Positions 23,041-38,000 of a stretch of DNA of 64,000 nt are shown here, in pieces. The notes under the pieces were generated by a model, which was not told the DNA's origin, did not search any database, and saw nothing but the letters and a program-made list of their open reading frames with translations. The stretch spans positions 14,260,001 to 14,324,000 of the forward strand of contig CM119381.1 of assembly GCA_051294905.1 (NCBI GenBank). The letters run 5' to 3'. The DNA is from Botryllus schlosseri. Its lineage: Eukaryota. Each line of letters opens with the position of its first letter. Positions within the stretch are counted from its first letter, which is position 1. Position numbers and translations under genes: made by a program.

Positions 23041-26000
23041 TCATTCTCCAGAGTCCCCGCTGCTGGAAATATCCCATCCGAATCGATTGTGACTGATTTT
23101 AAGAGCAGACCTCAAGTTAGGCACGTGAGCAAATATATATCGAGCAGCTTGCTTTGTTTCTTCGAGAGTTTTTGATCGTAAAATACGATCAGCATATTTG
23201 TAATAAAGCGAGTCTCCGTTACTCTTGGAACTGTAAAATGTGCAAGGTTTGGTGTGAAACATGGATTCAATGCTGAAGAACACACCTAGTGTTGACAGAC
23301 AGTCTCGAAAGAATTAAGAAACATTGAGCACTTTCCAGAAAGGTTGCTGTTGCGTCGTTAGAAATAGTGAGTGAATGAAAATTATGGAATTGCTCTGACA
23401 ATTGGGCTGTTGAGTTGTTGAGCTCATTTTTACCCCCAAATTTAGATAAAATTCTGAATATTATCTTACCTCCCAAGAACGGAATCGAAGAGTTGAAATG
23501 CATTTTTCCTTTGCAGCATCGCCACTAACACTGGGCCATTCTTCATTTCATCAATCTATGAAAATTTTCGAAATCAAATCCAACTCTTGTTGAGTGCAAA
23601 CAACAGAGCTCACATAATTCAAATTGCTGTCAGAATAATGCAGGATCTTTACCAATTCTTCAGCTTGGTTCTGTTTACACCATACCATTCTCATTGCACA
23701 AATTTCAAATCCCTGAAATCACAACAATGTTATGTGCAAAACAGTGTTGGGATGGCTTGAGTCATGACTTGACTCGAGTCATATTTGAGATACTTCTTTA
23801 TTGACTTTGACTTGACCTGGACTCAACGGATGACAAATATGCAATGACTCGTGACTCAAAGAAAAATTTACAAGTCATCGAATATTTCACTTCGCAAACC
23901 ATTATGAGCCTTTTAGTCGCACTAGAAATCACAACATCATCAATACCAATCCTGAATTTACTGGATTCTATTAAAATTTACGTTTTCAATATGATTAATT
24001 CCATAATCAAATGCAGACACAACAGCTTTACTATGCCTGTAATGACCGTCTCTGCCTCTGACTGGCATTATAATTCCTAATTTCTGCCTGCTATCAAATT
24101 ACAATTCAGGGACTCCATAACGCAGAAGGCAGGATTGCAACCAAGTCAAAAAGCTCCGAGTCACGAGTCAATCCCACTTATAGTTTTGACTCGAGTTCAG
24201 TCGAGTCATTTTGAATTCCCAACCGAGTCCAAGTCAGCAAGCAGAGGGTCAAGTCCGAGTCCAAGTCATTGTGTTGACTGCTTAGTTTCCAGTTAAAGTC
24301 TTGTTAAACTTGTTAAACCCAGTTTTTATAACTTGTTTGGTCATATCGAACGGTTCCCATTTACAATATACTAATTTTCCTCACTTTTAGCAGTTTCTGG
24401 TTGCATTTCCAAGTACCAGTACCAATAGATGAAATCCCAATAGTGTGGTTACTTTAGTATTCTTCAAAATTACAATGAAATGTCGGTCTTGGCCGTCTGA
24501 TTTTCTAGTCATATGACTTGGTTCGAGTCATGCGCAATGACTCGAGTCCAAGTCGAGTCAATACACAGCTTGACTCGAGTCGAGTCATTACTAGAGCCAC
24601 ATTACAGCACACAGCCATATTCTGCCATTTAATTTCTTATATAGTAAACAATTTTAATTGCATTTGAGTGCGATTGCAACTTAAGTGTGCACTGTGAACC
24701 ATCTTCACATCTTTCATTACTGACGCCAATCCTATCTCAAACTATGCAAGCACATGATGTCGATTAATTACTTACTTGATTAAATAACTGATCCAGTATA
24801 GCGACATAAGGTGGAGCTTTCCACCGATTGTTATAAAAATTGTCGCAATTCTGCAGCGGCGGTGACTCATTCTGAAGCAAATCGGGCATGAGAATTGTCA
24901 CAACTGGCTCGAAAAGATCGTCTTCGTTTTGAATTTTCCTTTTCCCCAATCCTTATGATGACATGAGGGTTAGAGACAAATAAAGACAAATAATGAGTGG
25001 AATAATTACCAGGTTTATTCGATGATACTTGTGCCATACGGCCTTTCATTTTTTCTGTAAAGAATCAAATATAAGAACATACGGCACTGAATATAAATGC
25101 TTTTGAACAAACCTGTACACATATACGGATCAACGGCTGGGCATGGCACACATTCCATTGCCAACTCCTGGGTCTCTTTACAACACAATCCATATGGAAA
25201 AAATAATTTCATTTCTTCACAAGCACTGGCATAGCTGTCAGAAACTGTAAAAACAAAAATGAAATTCAGTTGCATCAATATGTCAGTAAATTTTTCGTCG
25301 TCATAAAATATCTGAGGAATTGAACGATGAATCATGTGATTCTAGAAACAAAACCGCAATGTTCCTTAATTAAACACCAATCTTGGCTAGTGACAGCAGC
25401 CAAATCATCATATTTGGACCGTTGGTTCTTAACCGGTAGCTGAATGGTGGACCACTAGAGCGTTTGGAGGTGTTCCATAGAGCTCTCATGCAGTTTTTAA
25501 GTTGATCAATGGTTTTGTTTTGTTCAACTCATCATCCCAGTAAAAATATACGTTAAAACTGACAAACTACTTCAAGCTTTTCAGTGTTGAGTTTGTTTGT
25601 CACTAATCCGTCACAGAGAAAGAATTATTGGTATATTTCAAAGGTAACTTTTACAGAACCACTGCTTTAGATGGAGTAAGAAGTAGAAACAGAAATAAAT
25701 AGATAATAGAAAGGTATGCAAATATAAAAGTTTGAAAATAAAAGCTCAAAGTGATGTTCAGTCATTGTTTATGCACCGTGTATTCCATTTGAAATCAAGT
25801 CGATCCCAAATAGAGCTCGTAGCGTAGGTGGGCGTCTTGTGTCCAACGACTCATGGCTTTTTCGCGAATACAGTCTGCTTCTTGCTATCTGCGGATTTTG
25901 TGGTCCCGCCAACTCACAGAGGTGTCTGATTGCGTTGCTTCTTTGCACGCATGCAACTAGTGACAAATCCGAGAGCATGTGATCGAGATACACTTGACAC

Positions 26001-29000
26001 TCGCCTTGCATCTAAATGAAGTAGACATATCCTTGCATATCCGGCTCATAATTCTGCCACAACAAATGGAAAGTAAATTGATGAACAAAAACTTGGTATA
26101 GTCTGTCGATGAATATTGCTACATGATTTATGATGGCACTTATATATTGCTATCTCGTTTAGTTTAATGTATTTTATATCAAAACACTGAGATGGCAGAG
26201 TGCGCGCCAAAGGAATATGAACATTTAAAATATTTAATAACACATTGAACCGTCAATATAAAGTCGGAATAATTATTGAGTAATGCATGCTTTTGTTTGT
26301 TGAAATATATGGTCAAACAGGTACACATTCACACATTTTAAAAATGTTATCTATTATACGCATTATCGCATACGCAACACATACTATGTGCACATATTTC
26401 GAATTCTGGGGGAACAAGTAAATTATAGACGCCCAAGTCTACATGAAAAACACACGCATTAAATTGAGTGTTAAATATAAAACTCTTTCTGTCTTGGCCT
26501 TTCAATAATTTCATATAAATAAAAATCCTACTTCTTTTATGATAGAGGGAGCAACTTGAAGTGCTTCATGTTCCGACATCTTCACAATGTTCATTGCAAC
26601 GATGGTAAAATCTTGCCTGTGAAGCTCTCTCATGATCTGTCAACAGCAATAGTGAGATAATGAGATAGTCCATGTCTTGAAAACTGGCTTCGAAGGTTCA
26701 TATATATGGATGACACCAGAGTTGGATCAATTGTAATTTGTAATTGTAATTGAATGTAATTAATTACATTTTTCAATGTATTTGTAATGTAATTGTAATT
26801 GAAGCATTTTTATTTTGTGTAATTGTAATTGTAATTGTAATTTGACAAAAATTTTGCTCAATTACAATTTCAATTACATTAAATTGCTATTGAGACCTGA
26901 CAAGCACAACCTAAAACAATTGACTTAAAATGCATTCTCTTTAAATGTCAACAAGGAATTTGGTGGATCCATTCGCGGAAGCCCTTGACTGCGCCCTTGC
27001 GTGCGAAGTTTTTTTTTATTTTTACCGCTATGCTGGCCTCGGCTGCCATTGTACACAATTTTTGGATTACTGACCAACAGATGGATTCGCAACACGTGAC
27101 TCACGATTGAATACGCCGAGAAGCGAACTGCTGAGCCGGCTAAAAGCAGCAGAATTGATATTCCCATAGCTGGCGATCCAAGCGTCGAAATTTGATATGT
27201 ATGGTCCTAATCGAAAGCTAGTGTCGCACTGATTCCGCAATAAAAGTATATTTCCAGGCAATGGTACCATCCCAAAATAGTCGTGAAAGTCTGGGAATCG
27301 GCATTGTTCTGAACAATCGCTGGGCGTAATTGGTAATTGTTGTGGTCATGCTGCTGCAGCGCTCTCACTTTCCAGAACAGTCGGCCTTAAACGGCTATTT
27401 TGGAGCAGTTACATTGCCCTGACGAGATTTTATTTTGTATTTTCGGAATTAGTACATCAATAGCTTACTATAAAGACCAGATGCATCAAATTTGGACGCA
27501 TGGATCGCCAGCTCTAGGACTACAAATTTTGCTGCTTTTAGCCGGCTCTGCAGTATGTTTGTCGGTGCATTCATCCGTGACTCACATCTTGCGCATCTAT
27601 CAGTGGGTTGGCAATCTACAATACGATTTCAGATCACGATGCTGCATCGTTATTTCGTCTGGCTAACTAACCAGACCACTGGATATTATATAACGTCTTA
27701 TCTGACAAAGCACGGTTTTGTTTTCACTCCTCATCCTAATTCCTACGTCCCTCGATAAAAATAATATTATTTCTTTAATTATATACTATAGACGCAAATC
27801 CAACACGTGCATATATTATAATACTTTTTCAACGACATACTGCACCCTATCCTTAATCCTAACCCATAGGAAATTAGGTAAATAACATTTTACATTTCCA
27901 ATTACGTGAGCCATAATTACCGAGCATTCAAAATACGCTTATATTACGCCACAATGACATCTCACATAGCATACTATGTACGCACATAAACGCATTTATT
28001 ACTACACAATCTGAACTAGACTTGAATTGTTGTTAAATACGACGCTACGGTTGTCAAGGAGCACGGTTGAATTTATGATTATTAAATTACATGTCCAACA
28101 GCAGCAATTGTAATTGTAATTGTAATGTAATTGAAGCATGCAAGGAGTAATTGTAATTGTAATTGTAATTTGATATTTTTAGCATGGAGTAATTGTAATT
28201 GAAACATTCATGAAAGTAATTGTAATTGTAACTGTAATTGAACTGAAATAATGTAATTGATCCAACTCTGGATGACACCACTTCAAATAGCGTAGCATAG
28301 CATACCTTGATAAAATGTCTCGGAAACGCATCTGGCTTTATCACAAGTACTGAAGTTAACGGCTGATTGCAAGTTGTCATGAAGGAATATATCGATTCGT
28401 CCAAAGATGATAGATGCTTGGCGCTTACGCTGCCGTCACCGTTATGAAACGAATCTTTGTGATTGACATCCTTCTTTCCTGTATGAGGTTTCGGCACAAT
28501 GTCTTTGTTCAGTAGATTTAACGAAAATTTCGCAAGCGGACAGGCTCTTACAATCATCACCAATATAATGTCATGATTTTCCGTGCTCTAATATCATGTA
28601 ACAGGAAATGTAGCGTTTCATCATGATACAGCTGAGTTTTCTGGCCGCAGTTTAGGAAACTTTGGGGAAGTCTACAGATTAACTCAATACTTGGTGTTCC
28701 AAATCTGTTTTAAACGTATATGGAAACATTTTCTCTGTAGATTTCAAAAGCAGCCAGCAAATAAGGAAAGGAAATTTCAGCTACTTGAAACACAACGTAA
28801 ATGTGTGTGTCCGAATTCTGCCATCTCAATTCGAAATAGATATTTCCTGTAAGTATTTGCACCAAAAAGTCACTCTGCAATGATTTCATTCATGGATCCA
28901 AACCAGATTTTAAAATATTTCCATTGCTCGTAGCCTTGTTTTGTATACATGATTTGAAAGGGATATAAACTTGAATAAAGATTACAATCTACAGATTTTG

Positions 29001-32000
29001 AAACATTAGCCAAAATCAACCAAAATTATCTCCCCGACTTTATGATCAAAACTCTACGATGAAACTCCAAACAAAATAGACTTACCGCTTTTCTTCTTCT
29101 TTTTCGATGATCCCCGTTTCACGTTATCCTTGGAAGGTGTGTTGGTGTTGCTCTGCTGACAGTTGCCGACACAATTATTATTACAACTACAGTTACATTT
29201 GACTTGCTGATGCAGCCGATACTGCAGTAAGCGTGCGGGGGGTGGCAAGTATTTCAACAACGGACGACTCTGATTGTCGGGGAACAGTTCCTTATCCGAG
29301 AAAAATGCGTTGACCTGATGATAAACAATGTTAGGTACCGAGTGGAGGGTAATATGTCATGGCGAATTACTTGGCGATAAGCAGTTTCAGGCGACGATGA
29401 CATCATCCACGGAAGTTCCGGAGAGTGTGGCCATTGGTTGCCGTCGCAGTTGGAAGATTTCATTGACGATAAAACCTCGCCTAATACCTGGTTTAAGGTT
29501 CGATAAATTTGATTGGTATTTCGGTAGCACGAAAGAAAAGTCACACCTGAAACGCGTTCACTCTTCTCATGACCACAAGTAGGACGGAGGAATTCTGAAG
29601 CTGTAAGATACTACGGCACCATTCCTTCGTACCGACTTCGTAAAGGCATAGCTCCTGTACGTGAAAGGAGCATTGTCTATGAATACCCACAGGGGAATAG
29701 CATGTGACGAAAATCAATAACCATCTTGAAACATCAACATTAGAGGTGGTCTGTAACTAAGCACTTCTAATCAAGCAGGTTTTGACTTGGCTATTTACTG
29801 AAATAGTTATGTTTTGAGACCACTTTCATACAGTCTTCATTTTTTAGGCAAAACTAGGCCAGAATACTTCCTTCTAATTGTACACGAAAATAAATTTTTG
29901 AGGTTACTTCTACTCCTAATTCTACTTGAGTTCTAGCAATGAATATTTCGACCACCTATGATTAATTTCCGATTGAAAGCTACTTCTTACATTTGCCAAA
30001 TTTTTAGGCAGTGACGAAATTCTTTTCAGCCCCAAGACTTCAAATCCGTTGAATGGTTCCATGTCGTAGTCTTCATCGGCGTTGTCCATGTTGTAAATAT
30101 CCGTGCCTATATTGTCTTCCAGGCAAGGAAAGTCGCCATGGACCAGGCCTGAATTAAACGTTATACTCAACACATGAAACTCGATGCTTCTACGACAATA
30201 TTGAAAACTCACTTCTTAGAATTTCAACGCCTTCCTCCATCGCTTCGTCCCCGATGACACAGAATACGACCACTTGTTCCATCTCGGGATTTGGGGAAAT
30301 GTTGAGAAAATTGTTTAGAGGTAATGACATGGTATTTCCGCTGTCAACGTCGATGGCCTGGAAGCAAATGGTAGAGATTTAATGCAATGAAAAGAGAGCA
30401 TATGCGAAATACAGAAGTACTGCTCGACATTGTGAGCCCATCGGAGGACATGTGTTGAATTTCATTGGTTCAGAACATTTGTTAGTAGATAGCTGATTGA
30501 GGATATATTATTATCCTAGTAGAAATCAGTTTTCCATAATTGCTTGTGGCCGTTCTCTTTTTCATTTGAAGGTTCTCGAATCAACTATTATAAAGCTGCA
30601 ACAGCCTGTACTCTGCCGTCAGAAAGATCATCTCTACACTCTCGGAATATTTCATTAGTGTCATGTTTTTACTCGGCTATGTTATAGCCGAAATCGTCTG
30701 TTTTACCCGTAACTGTACGTTTGTTATTGCCGTTCGCGACTAGGTGCACTTGTTGTTATGTCACAGCGGCAAAATTCTGTCTATATTTCGAATTTGGCTA
30801 ACCTCATTCACTGACGTACGCTCCTGATGAGAGTCAGTCGAAAATATTAGAGTCGAACAGATTTGGCAATATGAATATATTGTTTGTTGCTATAAACATC
30901 AGACTACGAATGAGCAAACTTCTTTAGTAATCTGACATCTTCCAAATGTTGCACAATATGCTATATTCAAGTCAAAATTAACGAATCAATCGCACTGCCA
31001 ACGAATTCAAATATACAAAATGAAATTCAATAATTTCAAGCTCCACAAACGTCACCTTATTCATAACGCCAATCACATGCTCCGCACTTTCAGAATATGA
31101 AGCCGTATGGAAACACTGGCAAGTGACCTGCTTCACATGGCCTTCTTCAGGACTACTCAAACTAACCATCAAATCAGTCTGCAAAGCTAAGCACGGGTGT
31201 TAGAAATCTCATTTACGGACAGGAAATCTACGTTTTACCATGGATCAGTCCGTTTTGATGCACAATCCCGTTTTCTTTTGAAATGAGTAATATCGTGGAC
31301 GGTCTGAACAGCCACACATCTTCATAATAATCGAAATCCAACGACGCGTCTGGATCAAGACGTGGGCAGAAATACGGGTAATTCCTATTGTAAACGGTAC
31401 AATGAAAAAAGCGCTGTCAAATAAGGTGTAATCCTAACTTGCGACCTTTGGGGAATATTTAGAGCAGACGATTTTCTCTCATCCAGACGCAATCTCCTTG
31501 TGGCGATCAAATGATACCCCGTACTTAACACAGTGCACAGCACATTGCTGATGAAGCGCGTCGGAAGTTGGGGTGATATAACGAGGTAGATTCTTTGAAT
31601 GGGCGATGTCACAATGTAAGAATCTTTTCTGTACTCGTTGGAAATTGTGGAATCTGAAAGTGAAAGATTGAACTCCGTAATAATGACGGTACGATTTTCA
31701 AAAGAAGTACTTCATGACATAGTTTTACAATATACACAACAATGTTTTCAATTCAATGTCACTTTGAGGATGATAAACGTTTTAAGATCTACACTTCTGA
31801 TGCCGGGTGATATGTAATGATGTCGAACAAGCTTACATTGACTGGCAGCAGCACAAAACATCCTTTAGGTGTAGAGAACATACTACTATCTACCAGTGTT
31901 GGGATGATTCGAGTCACCTTTTTCGTATGGCTTGACTTGACTTGAGTCACTTTGCAAAAATAATTTGACTTGACTTGACGTTTCAGAAATGCGGATTGAC

Positions 32001-35000
32001 TCTTGACACGTAGTAAAATTTACGAGTCAATTTCAAGTCATCAAGTAATCGATGTCGACCGTGTCTTGTATAAGTTCGGATTGTTAACGATACGCTGGTT
32101 TGACCTGTGAGAGCAACCAATCACTCAATGATTATGCATTTTACCAATCCTCCATTTGTTATATCACAAATAAATTGATCGCAAACGCAAACGCTTACAG
32201 TTTACGTTGTCGTAAAGTAGTAGTTAAGTAATATACTAGCAATATATCTCTGTTCTATAAACTGCTCACAGTGCCCAGTGCTCACCTAAACCAGCCCTCC
32301 TGTATTATTTAAATTGAACGAATATATTTTTATGTCATGGATAGATGGTAGGGTATTCCATCTCATCCTTTTTTCTGCTTTCTGACGTCTCGCATTTTAT
32401 CCTGTATTCTCGCTGATAATTCAAGACTGACGACTGGGGCTACCGCAACCTGCGTAGTTTAGCAGTTGTACGTATGCGTGAGCGATAGAGCGCCTTTATG
32501 TGTGTATAATCAACTTTTTATTCGCTCTTCGATTCAGAATCAATGAGGACTCCATCTGTATTTAAAACAGTTGGCATAATGCAATGACTTTGAATCATGT
32601 GTCATACTTTGAAAAGCTAACTTGACTCGACTAGTGACTTGACTCATGATTTGACTGGCCTTGACTCGACTTGACTCGAGTCACCTCCGAAAATCGAGTG
32701 ACATGACTTGACTCGAGTCAAAATATGCAATGAGTCGAGATGACCCGTGACTCGAAGGTAGTGACTTGATCCCAACACTGCTATCTACTGACAATGACAC
32801 CACGATCTAGGATGCAGAAATCTTTGAATCAATTTGTATTGTGTTGAAGTTTACAAATTGAAATACCTTTACTTGAAGTTAGAGCAGAGTTTATCAAGAA
32901 TTAGAAATATACAAGGTTGGCACAATAATTTGAGTACTCAATTCTGATTCAAGTATTAATTGTCATGATTCAAGTCAAGTAGTGATACCCGAGTTTTTGA
33001 GTACTGACATTATATGCGAAACTTCAATTGGTTACATCACAGCATTAAAAATGGATTATATAAAATGAAAAAATACAGGCGCTTCAACATACATTATTTT
33101 CATTGTGCTTACACAAAAGGTACATATTTGTACTTTCAAAGTTGCATACCGTCATAACATCATAGAGCGTGGTACTCGTATACTCGATTCCTAATTGAAT
33201 CACTCAGGTACACGGTTTAGCCCATCCCTGGCATTATACAGAGTAACTCGTGAGTTGAAAAAAATTCGAAATATTTTGATCAATAAGAGTTAGATTTTAT
33301 CTGTCTCTCTATCGATCTATACTTACATTTCGATGTTTCAAAGGCAAACACGGAGTCGTCAACATCATTTTTGTCACTGCTATCAATTCCATTGCAATTC
33401 GGCGAACTATGATCAGCAGTCCCATTGCAATTCGCTTGTGTGAGATTCTTCACGATTTTGCTATTCGGGTTCACGCGACCTCCAAACCAGACGCATATCT
33501 GTTGTTTTGCACGCGTTTCGCTTCGGGGATGATAAAATAAATTGACATCTGTGAAGTACATTCGAAATCAAATGGTGAATGCCGGGATTAATTTACAGTG
33601 GCGAGAACAGATTCGATGTGCCACGGTCGGTTGTAAAGTGGATGCCGTGCAATGCAGGGTAACAACTGACTGCACGTATCGCAAGCAAGGACGCTGTTTC
33701 TATTAAAATTGATTCCTTAATGAGTCAGATTACAAATCCGATTACTAAACTCGACTCATTTATTGCCTATTTGAAAATTAATAAAATACTTTCTCAGTCA
33801 GACGTTCAATAGCTACTATAACCTATTTCATTTTAATATCAGAAGACCTGGAAACAAATAAATATAATAGCACCGTATTTATAATGATGTTGCTTCATCA
33901 GGTATTATACATAATAACCAAATCAGGTATAACCATCACGTGCCAGAAACATATAAGCTGAAAACCGACCCATTGAATGGAGACCAGTCGATAGCTGCTC
34001 GCCATACGTTGCATTTAACGAGTGTTTTTCCGACATCCTAGCAAGCACCGGATCTCTGGGGCCAACTGTTTTTCCCCAAGTCTTATGTGCCGCGTGCCCT
34101 CGTATGGCAAGTAATGCGCACGGAACTATCGCATCTTGATACTCGGCCTCTTCCCGGTAGCTGTAATGTGCTGCAAAGCAATTATCATACTTAAAAAATG
34201 CTACAGTAAGCTACAAGCTACTGCCTTACATGTATTTTCATCGATATATCTTCTCGGAACGTAGCACAAACGTAATCCGACCAAATCAAAGCAGGAGGTT
34301 TGCAATCGTATTCCGATGTCGAGAACAGCAATTGGAAACATAAACGCTTCTCTTTGCAGAAGGCACGTCGTTATCTGATGGCGAAGCGGGAAATGTAAAT
34401 GATGCACAGGATTTGATATTAAGACAACTTACTTCTGACTTTGACGAAGAGCTCAATTCCGAAGGCAGAACACATTCATCGCTCGATATCGACTTAGAGA
34501 AAAAGCCAGGATTGCTTTTCAAAACTTTCTTTATGGCCTGTACGGGCATGGTCGTCGATACATCACAGATTTGAAAGTAGCTAGCATACTGACACGTACC
34601 ATCATATCGTTAGAAGCCGCGACATATGTAGACAACGGCTTCATTGCACAGGTAACGTCCGTTTCGGCCAAGGTGTAATGCAGCGGCGATTCGGGCCTGC
34701 CGTGCCACGGGCAGACGTCTTGAATCTTGTTGGACTGGAGAAATTGCCTCACAACGTGCAGGAAGGCGTCCTCTCTCTGTGTCGTGGAACAAGTTTGCAG
34801 AAGGTGAGTTCACAGACATAGCTGAGGTATGCGGTGATGTAAATTTAGCCACGTGAGGACTTGAGTAGACCAAGCGATACTGGTGCAGTTTACTCATGCG
34901 GTTTCGTTTTCATTCCACTTGTACAGATCTCCAAATCAAATTAGTTTACACTGCATCACATAGAAAGTAGTTGGCTAATAGTTCAGAATGGCTTTTACTA

Positions 35001-38000
35001 GTGAAATTGCTAAAGTCAGCCAAAGGTATACCTGTAGCCTAACCGTGACAAATGATCTTTGAAATTGTATGTCTTATTAGCTATCTTCACCACTTTTTAA
35101 AACAGCCTATTTGAGATCGTCTGAAATCCTATGAAAACCTCTGTTCTCTACCAATGCTCATAACGTTTTAGTGTGCCGTGGAAAGCAGTACCTTCGGTTT
35201 GATGGAATATAATAACATTAATGGATAAAATAAAGTGGTGATACCTTCTGGATGTAACTCACCTTTGACTTTTTTCTCACTCGCTTGGAATCCGGGTTAT
35301 AGAAATCGTTCGGTACAATGACAGCCATCAATGAGAGCGACTGAGTGTCTTCGCGCCAATACTGATTCAAGGACACAACGTTGAAAGGCACATCGACGTG
35401 AGTCAGTTCTTTGCCTGATTGGTATTGAAGCCGATATGATTTAAATTGGCAATAATCAAAATCTAAATCAGTATCAAAGCTGTGTCAAGAGAAATTTTAA
35501 AGTATACACACACTGTGTTGCCATTCACTCTATTGCTATGCTTCTACTGAAATGTAGATCAATTTAGGCAATGCTCAATTTCAATCTCATATGGTGTTGT
35601 TGACCATTTTTATGAATGCAGAGCATTTCTGTCGATACGTACCGTTTTATAGTTAAAGTAATACTGGGAAAAATCGAGTACCTGAGTGATTTGATCCTGA
35701 ATCGAGTATCAAGCTTCAATTGTAGTCAAGTCATGAAGTCATAGCAATAATGAAGTCATAGCAATAATACAGACTTCAGGAGCACATACATATACCTCTT
35801 ATTGTGATCAGCAAGTAAATAATGACATTAATTCACAGGAGTGCAGTTTCCATAAATGTGAATGCTCGTAGCCTAGCGATGCATGTTTTGAATGATATGA
35901 TAGGGCCAATCGAGATTCAAAGTACCAGGCAATGAGACAAATATATTGAAATAGTGATTCTCAATGATTCAATATTCCCCATAGTACAAGGGGCAAATAA
36001 TTTAGGATGTAACCATTTTTAGTAGCATTGTTTTGTCGTCATACCGAATTATGTTGACGTTCTTAGCGATACTGCTGCATCTCATTTTATTCTGGATAGG
36101 TCACAGACTGTAATGCCCTATCATGCAGTCAAATACGAAAACAGGGGGAGAGTATTACCATTGATGTCCTCCAACAGATCATGAGGATCCAGGTCTCGAC
36201 TGAAAGTGTCGTCAGTTCTCGGTTTCCGGATATCATCCAAATCTTCTGGCACCTATCGTTACACAAAGTGTAATTCGCGAGCGCCACCGTGATAACATAT
36301 GCGAACTATACGCACCAAAGCTAGAAGCCACGACAGCAGCAACGGATAGGTGACGGAAAATCCGACGTTGTGATCAACTGGGCTGGCTTTGTGGCCGCCG
36401 CAAGTGCGATGCAGGATCACTTGTCCGATTGATAGCATGTTGATTGCCAGCAGCACCATTTGTGTATCGTCGGTTGAGAGCGTTGGTGGGATGTTGTGCA
36501 CCTCTTGCTCGAATGATGACGTCTGTTACGAGATGAAGAACACTGTAAGATTGCCAATTTCTAACGGACAAAAACTGATGCATGTCATAAACCATATAAT
36601 TTTACTCACGCAAAACCCAACTGCAAATGTGGTAAATGCAAAGATTCTACTGCACAGATCTTGAGAAAAAAAATGTCACTGCCAAGACTCGGGGGTCTCT
36701 CGTGTCGATGGCTTTAGATTTATCAACTATATCAACACAGTACAATGCAAACTACCAGAATATTCGACCCGCTGAAGGAAGGAAGGAACTTAGTTTATTT
36801 TTGTCCTTGATGTTTTTGCGGCATATACACCGACTCATGATATATATACACCTGATCTGTGCATATGCATACCATGAGTACATGATGTGCATATGCCGTT
36901 GGACAAGGAAGGTGCGGATATAGCCTTTGACGGCTTTCTAAGTCTTGCACCACCCCTCCATGCTATCCCAGTAATGCATGAGCGCCAAGCAGGGAAGTCA
37001 TGGATACCAGTGTTACTAATCAGGTCTTTGGTTCGACCCGGCCGGGGATCAAACCCACGGCCTACCGATCAAGAAGCCGGATGCTTCACCATTAGGCTAT
37101 CTTGTCGGTCATAGAAGACCGTGGAAACAGTCGTTAAGCTACACTGCGTTATACTCACCATGTCAAAAAGTAAATCAGAGCCTTTGTGATGTTTTTCGCG
37201 TTCCTTGTCCAGCAAAATCTTGAGTTTATACCTCGTTTCGTTTCTGATGCTTGAGCCATTCACAAGGCTTTTATAATAACTCTCTCCCTGGAATCGTTCA
37301 AACACATGCCTGTGTGTAATAGGAATGCTAGACCAGGTCTCCTACCTTTGGAGTCGATGACTGAAGTTTTTTGTCCTTTGATTTCGATTTCTTGTGTCCG
37401 TTCGCTGGAAAAGATGTGAGACTTGAAACCCCTGACTTTTCCTTTTATTGCAGTGTCTTACATACCTGAATCGGATCCTGAGACTCCATTTACTTGATTC
37501 AACAACCTGAAAAAAATGGTAATGGTCACTCAAGTTGTATGGTTAGGTAAGTACAGTTAACATTGTGAAAATCCCACCCTCTCAAATACATGGAATTATC
37601 ATGATTATGTTTATGACTGAGAAAAAGTTGATTTGTACCAGAGCAAAGTAAAAACGAACCATCATCATTTCAAATTTCAAGTTTTATTCATAAAATTTTA
37701 AGATTTCAAAACATCACAAGACTGCGATATAATGAAAGATAGGAAGGTGCCGAAACGACTATAGGAGTAGTCTTTGAGATCAGACACCCACCTTGGCCTA
37801 GGCGATTTAAATAGGAGGCATGCACACTGAATGAAAGTAAAAGAAGATGATATAAAATGATAAGCGACAAAATCCTTTAAAAATATGATTATAGCAATAA
37901 AATTTTGGTTGCTTCTTCTCACATAATGAAGATCAAGATTTATGCGTGCGTTAATCCATAATCGCTTAAAATGAAATATTCGAGAACTCGTTGATTTATA

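Noticed and set aside
23742-24600. GACTCGAGTC arrays (also 31894, 38094, 60532) and the 163-bp repeat as CRISPR-like arrays
   Set aside because: No constant repeat with unique regular spacers and no cas genes; the DNA is eukaryotic and the arrays sit inside TIR/TSD-bounded elements.
28087-28305. NYNYNY low-complexity tail of ORF 28087-28563
   Set aside because: Read-through past the GTATGC donor at 28305 into the (GTAATT)n end of a hAT element.
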